From: Candidatus Omnitrophota bacterium
Lineage (GTDB): Bacteria > Omnitrophota > Gorgyraeia > Zapsychrales > Zapsychraceae
Length of the DNA stretch: 64,000 nucleotides
Direction of reading: 5' to 3'
NCBI GenBank assembly: GCA_029261065.1
Contig: JAJDCB010000006.1
Span: 64,284 to 128,283, forward strand
The position numbers and the translations under genes are program-made. Shown piece by piece: positions 10,133 through 20,534 of this stretch. The notes below the pieces were generated by a model. It saw only the letters and a program-made list of their open reading frames with translations, was not told the DNA's origin and did not search any database. Numbering within the stretch: position 1 is the first letter of the stretch; each line of letters starts with the position of its first letter.

Positions 10133-11134
10133 TTAGTGATTATGTCCATCCCCAAAGGCCCCTTTTTGCATTTCAGACTTTAGAGCAAAACTTCCCTTTG
10201 AAACGATATGCTCTCCTTCATGCAAACCTTCTAATACTTCAACAAAATCACCAAACTCACGTCCCACTTTTATCTCACGTGCGCTAAACTCCTCTCCTTC
10301 AGAAACAAAGACAATAGATTCATTGCCTATCTCTTGGAGGGCTAACTGGGAGACAGATAGCACCTTGCCCTTTGTCGTAAAGATTAAATCACCTGTTACA
10401 AACATCCCTAAACGCAGAAGATGATTTTGATTATCAACTTCAGCGCGAATCTTTATTGTTTGGGTATCTCTATCGATACGGGGGGAAAGAAAAACAACCT
10501 TTCCCTTAAAAACATTATCTGGATAAGCGGTAGAATAAACATTCACCGATTGCCCCACACTAACAAAGCGTAAATCTTTCTCATAAACATCAAAAGAGAC
10601 ACGCAATAAATCCAAGTCAGCCAAACTTGCTAACGACCGAAGATTGTCAACACGCTCACCTTTTTTCACATGAATAACAATCACTGTTCCATGATGAGGA
10701 GCTAACATCGTTTCAACAGTACCATCCTCTTTCTCAATAGATAACATCGGCTCACCAACATCTATAATTGCTCCTGTCTGAACATAAATATCCTTAATAA
10801 CCCCATCATACTCTGACGTGATGTGGGTATTTTTATCGGTATCTTGCGCAATCTCACCATAGACTTTAATATTTTCTTCATATGCTCTTAGCTTAACTTC
10901 CTCAAAGGAAAGACCAATGATGTGTTGCATATCCTTGTTCACATGAAGCCCTTCATCCTCATGATCATCATGTGATGCGTGACTCTCTTGATCATGACCA
11001 TCATGGCCTTGAGCCCAAAGAAGTCTTGGCCCTAAAACTAAAGTGCTTAACAATATGAAACCGTAGACATATTTATTATTCATTGATAGACTCCTGTTAA
11101 TTATTATTTTCCTCAGGTAAAACAAATTCCCCAA
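10133..11134 (-). CDS. czcB: RND periplasmic adaptor (CzcB/CusB-like) with a His-rich N-terminus
   Basis: Signal peptide, His/Asp-rich tract HDGHDQESHASHDDHEDEGLH, beta-barrel/lipoyl MFP folds and a C-terminal GDGHNH. Confidence 0.75.
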   Translation of the reverse strand: MGNLFYLRKIIINRSLSMNNKYVYGFILLSTLVLGPRLLWAQGHDGHDQESHASHDDHEDEGLHVNKDMQHIIGLSFEEVKLRAYEENIKVYGEIAQDTDKNTHITSEYDGVIKDIYVQTGAIIDVGEPMLSIEKEDGTVETMLAPHHGTVIVIHVKKGERVDNLRSLASLADLDLLRVSFDVYEKDLRFVSVGQSVNVYSTAYPDNVFKGKVVFLSPRIDRDTQTIKIRAEVDNQNHLLRLGMFVTGDLIFTTKGKVLSVSQLALQEIGNESIVFVSEGEEFSAREIKVGREFGDFVEVLEGLHEGEHIVSKGSFALKSEMQKGAFGDGHNH

Positions 11135-12356
11135 TAACTTGCTCTAACTCAGCAATCTTAATTGTGTACTCTGATAAAGACTCAAAATACCGCTGTTTTG
11201 TTTCTTGATAAGCCTTTACATTTTCTAAATAGGATAAAAAGGTTACTTCTCCTTCCTCATACCCTAAAGTTGTAAACCTTAAAATTTCATTAGCCTCTTT
11301 AATGGCTTCAATGGATATATCATGACTCTTTTTAGCTAAATCGGTCTCATGAAAAGCGATGTACACATCTAATGCAACTTCATTTTCCATACGTTTAAGC
11401 AATTCTTGAGCTTTTTCTCGCTCTAACTTAACCTGTGTAATTTCATTACTCTTAAAATTCCAAATAGGAAGATCAAACGCGACACCAACACCCCCCTTAT
11501 ATACATTTTCCTCCCTTTCAACAAAAATGCTTAATCCGTAACTCGGCAATCGATCTCTTTTAGCTAACCTTAACTCCTTATCCTTTTTATTAAGTTCACT
11601 CTTTTGCGTAAAAACATCTGGCCGTTCCTCCAATGCCATCTTCAACAATTCATCAAAAGATTTATCTAAACGCTCATCTTGAAAATTATCTATAAGATTA
11701 TAATCTTTTGACATAGGCTGGCCTAAAAGGAGATTAAACTTTCCCTTATTTATGAGATACTTCTTTTGTGAAGATAGGCTTAAATGTCTTGCATTGATAA
11801 CCTCTAACTTGGCTCGAGATAGTTCATGATTAACAGCATCTCCGGAATCAAACTTTATTTTAATCTTGTCTAAGAACTTTTGATTTAATTCCAAATTTTC
11901 TTGGCTTAACTCAACGGCCTTCTTTGAAAGAAGTGTTTGCGTATATTGTTCCTTAATATCTTTAACCGTATTAAGCCAAACACTTTTAAAAGCAGCTTCT
12001 TGCTGTTTGAGTTCATCCTCTGCAATTTTCTTTCTCAAGCCCCTTTTTCCCCAACCATCAATAGGCTGTGTCACTCTTATTTCACTATCTAAATCTTTGG
12101 TACTAAAACTTGAGTCGCCATCCAAATCTTTAGCTAAATTACCTACCTCAACTTCAAGCTCGGGATTGTCCCATTTCTTAGAAATCTTAAATTGAGATTC
12201 GGCAATTTTTATATCCTGACGCGCCTCCACAACACTTGGATTATGATCAAAAGCGATCTTAAGAGCCTCCTTAAGAGACAGCTTCTCCCCGGCTTGGGCG
12301 TGCCCAGCTGTACAAATTAACAATGATATTATTAAAAAATAGATTTTCCTCTTCAT
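11097..12356 (-). CDS. czcC: TolC-family outer membrane factor (CzcC-like)
   Basis: Signal peptide; two-repeat coiled-coil-rich architecture of outer membrane efflux proteins; first gene of the czc-like operon. Confidence 0.65.
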   Translation of the reverse strand: MKRKIYFLIISLLICTAGHAQAGEKLSLKEALKIAFDHNPSVVEARQDIKIAESQFKISKKWDNPELEVEVGNLAKDLDGDSSFSTKDLDSEIRVTQPIDGWGKRGLRKKIAEDELKQQEAAFKSVWLNTVKDIKEQYTQTLLSKKAVELSQENLELNQKFLDKIKIKFDSGDAVNHELSRAKLEVINARHLSLSSQKKYLINKGKFNLLLGQPMSKDYNLIDNFQDERLDKSFDELLKMALEERPDVFTQKSELNKKDKELRLAKRDRLPSYGLSIFVEREENVYKGGVGVAFDLPIWNFKSNEITQVKLEREKAQELLKRMENEVALDVYIAFHETDLAKKSHDISIEAIKEANEILRFTTLGYEEGEVTFLSYLENVKAYQETKQRYFESLSEYTIKIAELEQVIGEFVLPEENNN

Positions 12357-12448
12357 AACATGTCCTTTAGGTAAATGTGTTTTATGTTAAAAACAAAAAA
12401 TAGGACTAGACGTTTTCTCAAACACCACAAAGACGAGATAACTTCTAT

Positions 12449-12712
12449 TTATGAATTGGAAATGGGGGGGCGAAACGCGGTAGGAAGGATGGGTTCTTCG
12501 TAAGAAAAATCTTGAGCAGAAAAAAATGATGTGGTAACTTTTGGTAAATTTAAAGATTGATCACTTGTTAAGATAGCTCCATGACAAGACCCATGGCAAA
12601 TCACAATACCATGATGATGCTCCGTTTCCTCATTATGATCCGCACAGAATGCATCAAGTGGTATAAAGGAAACCACAAGGGCGATCAGAATTAGGATTCT
12701 TAAGAATTTCAT
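12449..12712 (-). CDS. Small secreted His/Cys-rich protein (family member A), putative periplasmic metal-binding or regulatory protein
   Basis: 87 aa; signal peptide, HHHGIVICHGSCHG motif, C-terminal DFSYEEPILPTAFRPPISNS; close paralogue at 48830..49111; sits at the head of the czcCBA operon. Confidence 0.55.
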   Translation of the reverse strand: MKFLRILILIALVVSFIPLDAFCADHNEETEHHHGIVICHGSCHGAILTSDQSLNLPKVTTSFFSAQDFSYEEPILPTAFRPPISNS

Positions 12713-12762
12713 ATTAAAAGCTTACCACCGAAATTTACAAATGTCAATTTGAGGAAAGCCCA

Positions 12763-13005
12763 TTAGTGATTACAGATCTTATCTTCTTCTGTAGAAAACC
12801 CACCTTCCTCATCTACAAATTTTCCACGACTCTCAAGAAAGTCCATTAATTCAACAGCCGTCATGTTTTCCTCTGAACAAGTATGAAAACGCGCTTCTTC
12901 ACCAAACTTCTTATCAATAGCCTCTTTAAGGCTTTCTTTGGTAAAGGTTTGCTTAAGTTCAATCATCATACTCATGACGTCATGACCGTGTATAGATTCT
13001 GCCAT
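12763..13005 (-). CDS. YecH-like (DUF2492-type) small metal-binding protein
   Basis: 80 aa; N-terminal SIHGH and central FHTCSEE...KICNH spacing matches my recollection of the YecH family; terminal gene of the RND operon. Confidence 0.5.
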   Translation of the reverse strand: MAESIHGHDVMSMMIELKQTFTKESLKEAIDKKFGEEARFHTCSEENMTAVELMDFLESRGKFVDEEGGFSTEEDKICNH

Positions 13006-13024
13006 TTTTCACCTCTTGTTGATG

Positions 13025-16000
13025 CTAAACATTTTGTTGATTACGCTTAGAACGATTTATTCTACCATATTGCCATTCCAAGACAATACTTAATACAACT
13101 GGAACAAGTACAAGTGTAAAAATTGTTGAAACAAGCAAGCCTCCTACAACAACACTTCCTAATCCTCTATATAACTCACTTCCCGAACCAGGCATTAAAA
13201 CAAGCGGTAACATGCCGCCAACACTCGTTAACGTACTCATTAAGATGGGACGTACACGACTAATAACACTTGCCCTTATCGCTTCGTTTGGATGCATCGC
13301 TCCGTCTTCATTTAAGAAATTCAACGTCTGATGCACAAGTAAAATCGCATTGTTTACAACAACTCCAGCCAAAATCATAAATCCTAACATCGTTAAAACA
13401 TCTAAATTTTGTACTGGCATATAACGATCTAGTTCTGAGAAGAAATGTACAACCGACAAACCTAAAAATCCGCCAAAAGTGGCTAAAGGAACTGAGACCA
13501 TAATAACAAATGGGTAAACCCAACTTTGAAATAATACAACCATGGTTAAGTACACAACAAACAAAGCCAAAAACATCGAACTCGATAAAGTCCCTACTAA
13601 AGATCCATCTCCAAGCATTGCCCTTTTAAGTTCGTTTAACTTTCCAGCTGTTCCCGCCTGATTCATGTGAACGGATGGATGAATAGCTCCGGTCTCACGT
13701 AAATTTAAAACAACTTCATCAATTTTTTCAACCGCTTCTTGTAGCGTCATCCCTGGTGGCGGAGTTAACTGTAAGGTGACAGCTCTTTGACGATTGACAC
13801 GTTTAATCTGATTCGGTTGAGAGACACGTTTTATGGTAGCGACAGAAGCTAAATCAACAACTTGTCCATCTGGGGCTGCAAATAATGCATTGTTTAAAGC
13901 TTCTACTGGCACATCGCTTAACGCGCCATGTGTAATAATTTTTAAATCTTTAAGTTCACCTGCTACTTCATACTCGCCCACAAATAAACCATCGCCGTAA
14001 GCCCGAATAATTAATCCCAAATCTTGTCGTGTCATTCCCATTTCACTGAGACGTTCATCGTTTGCAACAATTTGTATCTCTGGTGTTGGTAAAGAGAAGT
14101 TCGCGGGTTCTGGTTGAATCGCATAAGGACCGAATGATTCGATTAAAGAACCCATCAGCGCTCCGGCGGATGCTGAGACATGTTCTAAATTATCTCCAGT
14201 TAAATCAATATTGATAGCGGAACCTGTCTGACCACCTGTACGAAACAAAGGAAACTGGAAAGAAAAGCTAAAAGTATCAGGAGCTTGATCTCCGGCCGTT
14301 GCGTAATTAAATAAATTAAGGGTGTCAACAACACGCTTATCTTCCTTTACAATAGCAACATGAAAGACACGTCCATCCCATCCAACAACAAAATAATGAT
14401 CCAATAGCGGCGCTTTAATGGTAGGAGCCCCTTCTTCCATACTCAACGGAAGATCAACACGACGATCTTTAACATTTTTATCTTCTCCTAAAACGCGCTC
14501 AATCTCAAACTTCGCCTCTGTCAATTCCCAAGCAGGCCTTACCCTCTCTTCTAATCGCTCCCCTAACTTATCTAATTGTTTAACGTTATACCCAGGTGGA
14601 GGAATCATTAAACCAAAAACGATATTTCGATTTCCTTTTGGCAAATAATCCATAGGCGGTAGAAGCAAGGCAATACCGATAACAGTAACCAACCCAAACG
14701 AAACAATTGTCACAATACGAAGAGACCATGTTGACGCTAGTTTATGAACAAAATTTCCAACAAAAACAGGCAAATTTTTAAGACTTAACTTACCCAAAAA
14801 CCCTTTCTTCTTTTCTTCTGGCTTTTTATTACTTTTAATTAATATGCGTGAAGCAGCTGAAGGAATAACCATAACCGAGACAATCAAACTTAAGCCAACC
14901 GCTGCCGCAATTGCTAAAACGATATCGCGAAATAATTGTCCGGCTGATTCTTGAATCAACAATACGGGTAAAAATACAACCAACGTTGTTAACGTTGAGG
15001 CCACAACAGCTCCGGACACTTCCTGCGCCCCATCCAAAGAGGATTGTTTAACACTCTTGCCCATCTCCAAATGACGAAAAATATTTTCAATCACAACAAT
15101 CGCATTATCAACAACCATCCCAACAGCAAAAGCCATTCCCGCTAAAGAAACAATATTTATACTTCGCCCTAAGACAACTAAGACAATGATACTTCCAATA
15201 ACAGATATTGGAATCGCTACGGCGATAATACCAATGGTTCTTAAAGAACGTAAAAACAGCAACAACGTAATGATCGATAAAAAGCCGCCTATAAAGATAT
15301 TAGATTGAACAAGACCAATGGCTTGATGAACATACTGTGTTGAGTCATATGTCTGCACAAGCTCAAGTATTCCGTTAAGCCCCAATTCTTTCGCATGTTG
15401 TTCCAGCAAAGCCCCTGGTTCGTTTAATTGATCACAAACCGCTTGAACCTCATCCATGGTCTTAATTAAATTTGCTCCTGTCTCAAGCTGAAAATTAAAA
15501 AACGGCATCACATGTCCACGCGCCCGGACATAATTCTGCCGTTCTTTGTATGTTTCTACAACCTCAGCTACATCTTTTAAGTAAACCGGGCCGCTTTCAT
15601 CACGTCGAATAATTAGACTCTTAACCTTTTCTATATTAGAGAAGCGCCCCAACATGCGAACGCGAACATCATTTTTTCCTTCTGATAATTTTCCACCGGA
15701 GTAATTTTCGTTATTTAAAAGTAACGTGTCATAAAGTTGCTGTATCGTCATCTCCCGTTGTGCTAACGACACTGGATCAATACGAATTTGAACCTCACGC
15801 TCACGCGCCCCTAATATACCAACAAGAGAAACTCCTGGGATGCGTTCAAAAATAGGCTTTAACTTCTTATCCATAAAATCAAATAACGTTGTTGTATCAA
15901 ACTCAGGATCTGACGAAGCTAATCCGATCCAAGCAATATAATCAATTGATTCTGGATCGACATCTTGAATAACAGGCCGATCGACTCCTTGTGGGTAATT

Positions 16001-16351
16001 TGGAACTTGGCTTAGCTTTTGATCAACCTCGCTCATCGCATCATCAATATCCGTACCCGTTCGAAACTCCAAACGAATCTGCCCTTGACCAGACTGACTT
16101 AAAGATGTCATAGCAACTAATCCAGCAATACCCTGCAACACCTCTTCTTGTTCATCGACAACTTCTGTTTCAATCTCCTGCGGACTAGAGTTTTCCCACG
16201 TTGTCGTTACAGCAATGACAACAGATTCAACCTCCGGCGCCATTTGAACGGGAACACGTGTGAAAGAAAGAATACCTGCAAGAACAACAAGAATAACCCC
16301 AACGGCAACTGTAATAGGTTGTTTGATACTAAATTCTATCCAAGATTTCAT
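13025..16351 (-). CDS. RND efflux permease, unusually long at 1108 aa
   Basis: 12-TM RND architecture with two large periplasmic loops; about 60-80 aa longer than typical AcrB/CzcA. Confidence 0.8.
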   Translation of the reverse strand: MKSWIEFSIKQPITVAVGVILVVLAGILSFTRVPVQMAPEVESVVIAVTTTWENSSPQEIETEVVDEQEEVLQGIAGLVAMTSLSQSGQGQIRLEFRTGTDIDDAMSEVDQKLSQVPNYPQGVDRPVIQDVDPESIDYIAWIGLASSDPEFDTTTLFDFMDKKLKPIFERIPGVSLVGILGAREREVQIRIDPVSLAQREMTIQQLYDTLLLNNENYSGGKLSEGKNDVRVRMLGRFSNIEKVKSLIIRRDESGPVYLKDVAEVVETYKERQNYVRARGHVMPFFNFQLETGANLIKTMDEVQAVCDQLNEPGALLEQHAKELGLNGILELVQTYDSTQYVHQAIGLVQSNIFIGGFLSIITLLLFLRSLRTIGIIAVAIPISVIGSIIVLVVLGRSINIVSLAGMAFAVGMVVDNAIVVIENIFRHLEMGKSVKQSSLDGAQEVSGAVVASTLTTLVVFLPVLLIQESAGQLFRDIVLAIAAAVGLSLIVSVMVIPSAASRILIKSNKKPEEKKKGFLGKLSLKNLPVFVGNFVHKLASTWSLRIVTIVSFGLVTVIGIALLLPPMDYLPKGNRNIVFGLMIPPPGYNVKQLDKLGERLEERVRPAWELTEAKFEIERVLGEDKNVKDRRVDLPLSMEEGAPTIKAPLLDHYFVVGWDGRVFHVAIVKEDKRVVDTLNLFNYATAGDQAPDTFSFSFQFPLFRTGGQTGSAINIDLTGDNLEHVSASAGALMGSLIESFGPYAIQPEPANFSLPTPEIQIVANDERLSEMGMTRQDLGLIIRAYGDGLFVGEYEVAGELKDLKIITHGALSDVPVEALNNALFAAPDGQVVDLASVATIKRVSQPNQIKRVNRQRAVTLQLTPPPGMTLQEAVEKIDEVVLNLRETGAIHPSVHMNQAGTAGKLNELKRAMLGDGSLVGTLSSSMFLALFVVYLTMVVLFQSWVYPFVIMVSVPLATFGGFLGLSVVHFFSELDRYMPVQNLDVLTMLGFMILAGVVVNNAILLVHQTLNFLNEDGAMHPNEAIRASVISRVRPILMSTLTSVGGMLPLVLMPGSGSELYRGLGSVVVGGLLVSTIFTLVLVPVVLSIVLEWQYGRINRSKRNQQNV

Positions 16352-16353
16352 CG

Positions 16354-17526
16354 TTATTTCTTTGCCTTCATTTTTGTGATTTCAATAGGACTATTAGGGA
16401 AGATGCGTTCATTACCTTCAACAATTATGAAATCCCCTGCTTTTACTTGATCTGTCTCGATAACTGCCTCACCACCAAATGTAAACAGAATTTGCACTGG
16501 AACCTGCATCGCCATATGCCCTTTGTCTGCTGGCTGAGCTTTAAAAACAAACGAACCAAACTGATTACGGATAAGCGCATCATCAGGAACAACTAACCCT
16601 GTCATTTGTTTACCAACCGGAACCCAAGTTGTCACAGACATCCCAGGGGATAATAATGCTGCTCTATCTTTAATTTGTACGATTAGCTTCAATGTCCGTG
16701 AACGCGTATCGACCTGATGAATCATCTTTATGGATTCGCTTTTAAAACGCTTCTTTAAAGCATCGACTTCTATTTCCAAAAAATCGTTACTTTCAAAAGT
16801 TGCTTGAACCAAACGTTCCGAAAGGTTAATCCATGCTTCTATAGCACCAGATGAGATCATTGTGACAACAGCCGTTCCCGGTGTTAACCATTCACCAGGT
16901 TCAACATGACGCGCAATAACCGATCCATTAAAAGGGGCTTTAATTGTCATATCTTCTAATCGTACTCTCAATAATTCAATTCGACTTTTAATTTCTTCGA
17001 CACTTCCCTTTGCTGACTGCAAGCGCGCAACGGCAACCTTCTTCTCGCGTTCTGCATCCAAAAAATCTCTTAAAGAAACTGCCTTCTGCTTATATAACCC
17101 CTCTTTCATTTCATAATCAACCTCAACACGCTGTGATTCTACTTGACGTTGTTCAATCAAAGAGTTTGCGGTAGCCATTGCTGCTTTTGCCTCTTTTAAT
17201 TGAGCATCTAAACGCCGTCTATCTAATTCAACAAGAATATCACCCTGTTTTACCAATTGCCCTTCGTTAACTAAAACACTTAAAATCGCGCCTTCCTCAC
17301 GTGCGGCAACTTCAGATTCGGAGACAGCGCGTAATGTTCCAATAGCTTTTTGTCGTTGCTGAACGCTTCTTTCTTCAACCTCTAAAACACGAACAGCTGC
17401 AGCAGGCATCGCGGGAGGAGCTGCTTCTTCGGCAAATACTATTCCTTCCAAAAATACTAAATTTAACAACAACACAATTTTTACAACAATAATTTTCTTC
17501 ATAACAACACCTCTTTTTATTTCCAT
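16354..17526 (-). CDS. RND periplasmic adaptor (HlyD/AcrA family)
   Basis: Signal peptide, coiled-coil hairpin, lipoyl and beta-barrel segments; located between the OMF and RND genes. Confidence 0.8.
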   Translation of the reverse strand: MEIKRGVVMKKIIVVKIVLLLNLVFLEGIVFAEEAAPPAMPAAAVRVLEVEERSVQQRQKAIGTLRAVSESEVAAREEGAILSVLVNEGQLVKQGDILVELDRRRLDAQLKEAKAAMATANSLIEQRQVESQRVEVDYEMKEGLYKQKAVSLRDFLDAEREKKVAVARLQSAKGSVEEIKSRIELLRVRLEDMTIKAPFNGSVIARHVEPGEWLTPGTAVVTMISSGAIEAWINLSERLVQATFESNDFLEIEVDALKKRFKSESIKMIHQVDTRSRTLKLIVQIKDRAALLSPGMSVTTWVPVGKQMTGLVVPDDALIRNQFGSFVFKAQPADKGHMAMQVPVQILFTFGGEAVIETDQVKAGDFIIVEGNERIFPNSPIEITKMKAKK

Positions 17527-18947
17527 CCACCGCCTAATGCCTTAATAAGAAGAACAGTGGTAATTAATCTTTGTTTAATATTTTCAACCTCTTGTCTTTG
17601 GGCATCTAGTGAAACACGTTGCGCATCAACAACCTCTAAAAAGCTAACTAATCCAGCACGGTAACGTTTCATTGATGCCTCTGACGCACTTGTTGCTGCA
17701 TGAGCAGAACGTTTGACTGCACTTGATTGAAGCTCCAAAATTCTCAAACCTGATAAACTATCTTCAACCTCTTGAAAGGCTACTAAAATATTTTGTCGAT
17801 AATCAGCCATTGAAATTTCATATTGTGCTTTGGCCTGTTGAAGTTTTGCCTGATTCCGGCCTCCTTGAAAAATAGGAAAATTAACACTTGGACCTATGGA
17901 CCATGCCCGACTACTCCAGGCAACAATGTCATCGATATCACCACTTTCAAAACCGGCATCTCCTGTTAATGTTATCTTTGGAAAAAATGCAGCACGAGCT
18001 ACTCCAATGCGAGCATTCGTTGCAGCCATCTTTCGTTCAGCAGAGGCAACATCTGGGCGACGCTCAAGAAGCTCTGATGGTAATCCAGCCGGAATACGTG
18101 GAAACCCCATTAATTCTGTCTGCGGCTCTAAAGAAAAACGTGACGGTGCCTGACCAACTAAAACAGCAATCGCATGTTCCACCTCTGCTCGTTGTTTTTG
18201 TAAACCAATCACATCTACTTCTACATTAGCCATTTCTGTCTCAGCACGATAAAGATCGGTTTGACTGACCTCACCACTTTCATATAAATTTTCAACAATT
18301 CCGTAAGCACGCTCTCGGATTTTTAAATGTTCTTTAAGAAGGAGAATCTCTCTATCTAAAGAATTTAATGTAAAATAATTCCGAGCTAACTCTGCACGAA
18401 GAGATAACACAACATTATTAAAATCTGCAATACTCGCTTTATATTCTTCTTTAGCAGCTTCAACAGAACGACGAACACGTCCCCACAAATCTAATTCATA
18501 ACTTAATTCAAAGGGAAGTTTATAATCATTAAACACTTGGGTTTCAAGGGCAAAGGGCTCAAGTGTACCTGATTGTCCTGTGCGCGTCCATTCTGGATTA
18601 AAATCAACAGATGGATAAATCTCCCCTCTATTAAACTTAACAACACTGCGCGCTTCTTTAACACGCGCGGCCGCTCCAATTAAAGATTGATTCTTATCAA
18701 CCTCTTCTTGCAATTCATTTAACGTGTCATTTTTAAAAACGCGCCACCAATCTCCCTTAGGGAAAGCATCATTTGGTTCTGCCACTTTCCAATTTGCGTC
18801 TTCCTTATAATTGTCGGGAATATCAAGCGTTGGACGAGCATAATCTGGTGTGAGTGCCGTACAACCCGTTAAAGAAAAAAGAAATATCATTAATACAATT
18901 TTATTATTTGTCATAAGTTTTACCATTTTTTTTGACTGAACAGTCAA
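17517..18947 (-). CDS. NodT/OprM-family outer membrane efflux lipoprotein
   Basis: Lipobox LTGC after the signal peptide (the real start is probably the internal Met at ~18914); two TolC-type repeats. Confidence 0.8.
   Translation of the reverse strand: MTVQSKKMVKLMTNNKIVLMIFLFSLTGCTALTPDYARPTLDIPDNYKEDANWKVAEPNDAFPKGDWWRVFKNDTLNELQEEVDKNQSLIGAAARVKEARSVVKFNRGEIYPSVDFNPEWTRTGQSGTLEPFALETQVFNDYKLPFELSYELDLWGRVRRSVEAAKEEYKASIADFNNVVLSLRAELARNYFTLNSLDREILLLKEHLKIRERAYGIVENLYESGEVSQTDLYRAETEMANVEVDVIGLQKQRAEVEHAIAVLVGQAPSRFSLEPQTELMGFPRIPAGLPSELLERRPDVASAERKMAATNARIGVARAAFFPKITLTGDAGFESGDIDDIVAWSSRAWSIGPSVNFPIFQGGRNQAKLQQAKAQYEISMADYRQNILVAFQEVEDSLSGLRILELQSSAVKRSAHAATSASEASMKRYRAGLVSFLEVVDAQRVSLDAQRQEVENIKQRLITTVLLIKALGGGWK
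18932..18947. promoter_or_regulatory. 16-bp palindrome TTGACTGAACAGTCAA, candidate TetR operator in front of the OMF-MFP-RND operon
   Basis: Perfect inverted repeat TTGACTG/CAGTCAA with a 2-bp spacer, ~20 bp upstream of the probable OMF start; near-identical copy at 19592..19607. Confidence 0.6.
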
Positions 18948-18966
18948 ATATGATTACAAAAAAAAA

Positions 18967-19578
18967 TTAAGACACGTTTGCTTCTGTCTTAATTCCTAAT
19001 ATATCAAAAACACCATTCTTAATGTTTTTGATGGATTCCAAATTGTTTGTGATTCTTGCTTGAGATAAGACTCCATGGTAATAACAATAAATTTCATCAA
19101 TCTTTGCATCTATATTTGTGATCTCAATCTGGTCTTCTGCCTGCGCATCACGTAGGGCGGCTGCAAAATATTTTTTGATTGCCCCACATTTCGCCTCCAT
19201 GGCCTCACGAATCTTTTGTTCGATAATACCTTGTTCTGTCCCAAGAGATGAATACGGACACCCACAAACAAAGCCTAGCTTTTCAAATTGATCCGCTTGA
19301 ACTTCATAGATCAAATCAAAATAGTCTGTTAGTCGTTTTAATCCTGGTGATTGTGTTGAAAAAATACGATCAAATTTGGGTTGGTATTCTTCGAAATGGA
19401 AAGCAAATGCAGCAACAGCTAAATCGGCTTTCGAAGGGAAATAATGGTAAAAGCTTCCTTTATTAACAGCCGCTTTTTTACAGATGTCCTCCACACTCAC
19501 AGCGCCATAACTTTCGCTCCAAATCAAGTTAATGGCCGTCTTCATAATCCGCTCTTTTGTATTTTTGCTTTTAACCAT
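18967..19578 (-). CDS. TetR/AcrR-family transcriptional repressor
   Basis: N-terminal HTH (AVSVEDICKKAAVNKGSFYHYFPSKADL) and C-terminal ligand-binding domain; directly upstream of the efflux operon. Confidence 0.85.
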   Translation of the reverse strand: MVKSKNTKERIMKTAINLIWSESYGAVSVEDICKKAAVNKGSFYHYFPSKADLAVAAFAFHFEEYQPKFDRIFSTQSPGLKRLTDYFDLIYEVQADQFEKLGFVCGCPYSSLGTEQGIIEQKIREAMEAKCGAIKKYFAAALRDAQAEDQIEITNIDAKIDEIYCYYHGVLSQARITNNLESIKNIKNGVFDILGIKTEANVS

Positions 19579-19591
19579 GGCGCTATTGTAC

Positions 19592-19607
19592 TTGACTGAT
19601 CAGTCAA
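19592..19607. promoter_or_regulatory. 16-bp palindrome TTGACTGATCAGTCAA, candidate autoregulatory TetR operator
   Basis: Perfect palindrome 14 bp upstream of the TetR start codon, flanked by a further partial arm (CTTGAC...GTCAAG). Confidence 0.6.
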
Positions 19608-19769
19608 ATGTCAAGTTTTTATTTTGAAGGGTTGGTTGATATTTACACACCGCCAAAAATTGTTTTAATATGAGAAAAAGTCCTCTTAGAATTATGAGAT
19701 ACAATAAACAAAGAATGTTAGGCACGATTTAATAAATTTTACGTTTAATCGTAGCTGTCACTATTTTTT

Positions 19770-20483
19770 TTATTTTTTTATCTCAAGAAGTTCGACTTCA
19801 AAAACCAATACAGCACTTGGACCAATCACGGGAGGAGAACCTCTTTGTCCATAAGCAAGTTGCGATGGTATAAAGAGTTTATAATGACTTCCAACATTCA
19901 TTAGCATAAGCGCCTCTGTCCAACCTTTAATAACACCGTTAACCGGAAATTCCGCTGGCTGCCCTCGTTTATAAGAACTGTCAAACTCCGTACCATCAAT
20001 CAACGAGCCTCTATAGTTGACTTTTACTTTATCTGTTGCGGTCGGCTTAGGCCCCGTACCTTCTTTAATAATCGAATATTGCAAACCACTCTCTGTTGTT
20101 ATAACCCCATCAACTTCTTTATTCTCTTTGAGAAAACTATTTCCTTCCATCTCATTCTTTTCCAAAAGTTCTTTGCTCTTCTCCATCATCTTTTTCTGCA
20201 TTTCCATTGAAAATTCTCGCATAATGGTCTGTCCTTCCTCAGGAGGAATTATGAGAGGTCGCCCTTGATACTGATCGTTCATTCCCATTATTAATTTATC
20301 GATATCAATATCCTCTTTCATAGGAATAATGGATTGTGCAATATCCGCACCTATCAGATAACTTATCTTTTCCTTCTTACTTTGAAGTTCAACACCCTTC
20401 TCCTTTTCGGCATTAACATTACTGCATACCAATAAAACAACTAGAACACCAACTAAACTTGCACAAATTTTCGAGTTTTTCAT
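19770..20483 (-). CDS. FKBP-type peptidyl-prolyl isomerase, Mip/FkpA-like
   Basis: Signal peptide, N-terminal dimerisation helix and C-terminal FKBP domain (VKVNYRGSLIDGTEFDSS...VLVFEVELLEI). Confidence 0.85.
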   Translation of the reverse strand: MKNSKICASLVGVLVVLLVCSNVNAEKEKGVELQSKKEKISYLIGADIAQSIIPMKEDIDIDKLIMGMNDQYQGRPLIIPPEEGQTIMREFSMEMQKKMMEKSKELLEKNEMEGNSFLKENKEVDGVITTESGLQYSIIKEGTGPKPTATDKVKVNYRGSLIDGTEFDSSYKRGQPAEFPVNGVIKGWTEALMLMNVGSHYKLFIPSQLAYGQRGSPPVIGPSAVLVFEVELLEIKK

Positions 20484-20534
20484 AATAATTCCTTTTCTTA
20501 ATATTAATAAACGATGACAGAATCTCTTTAAAAC

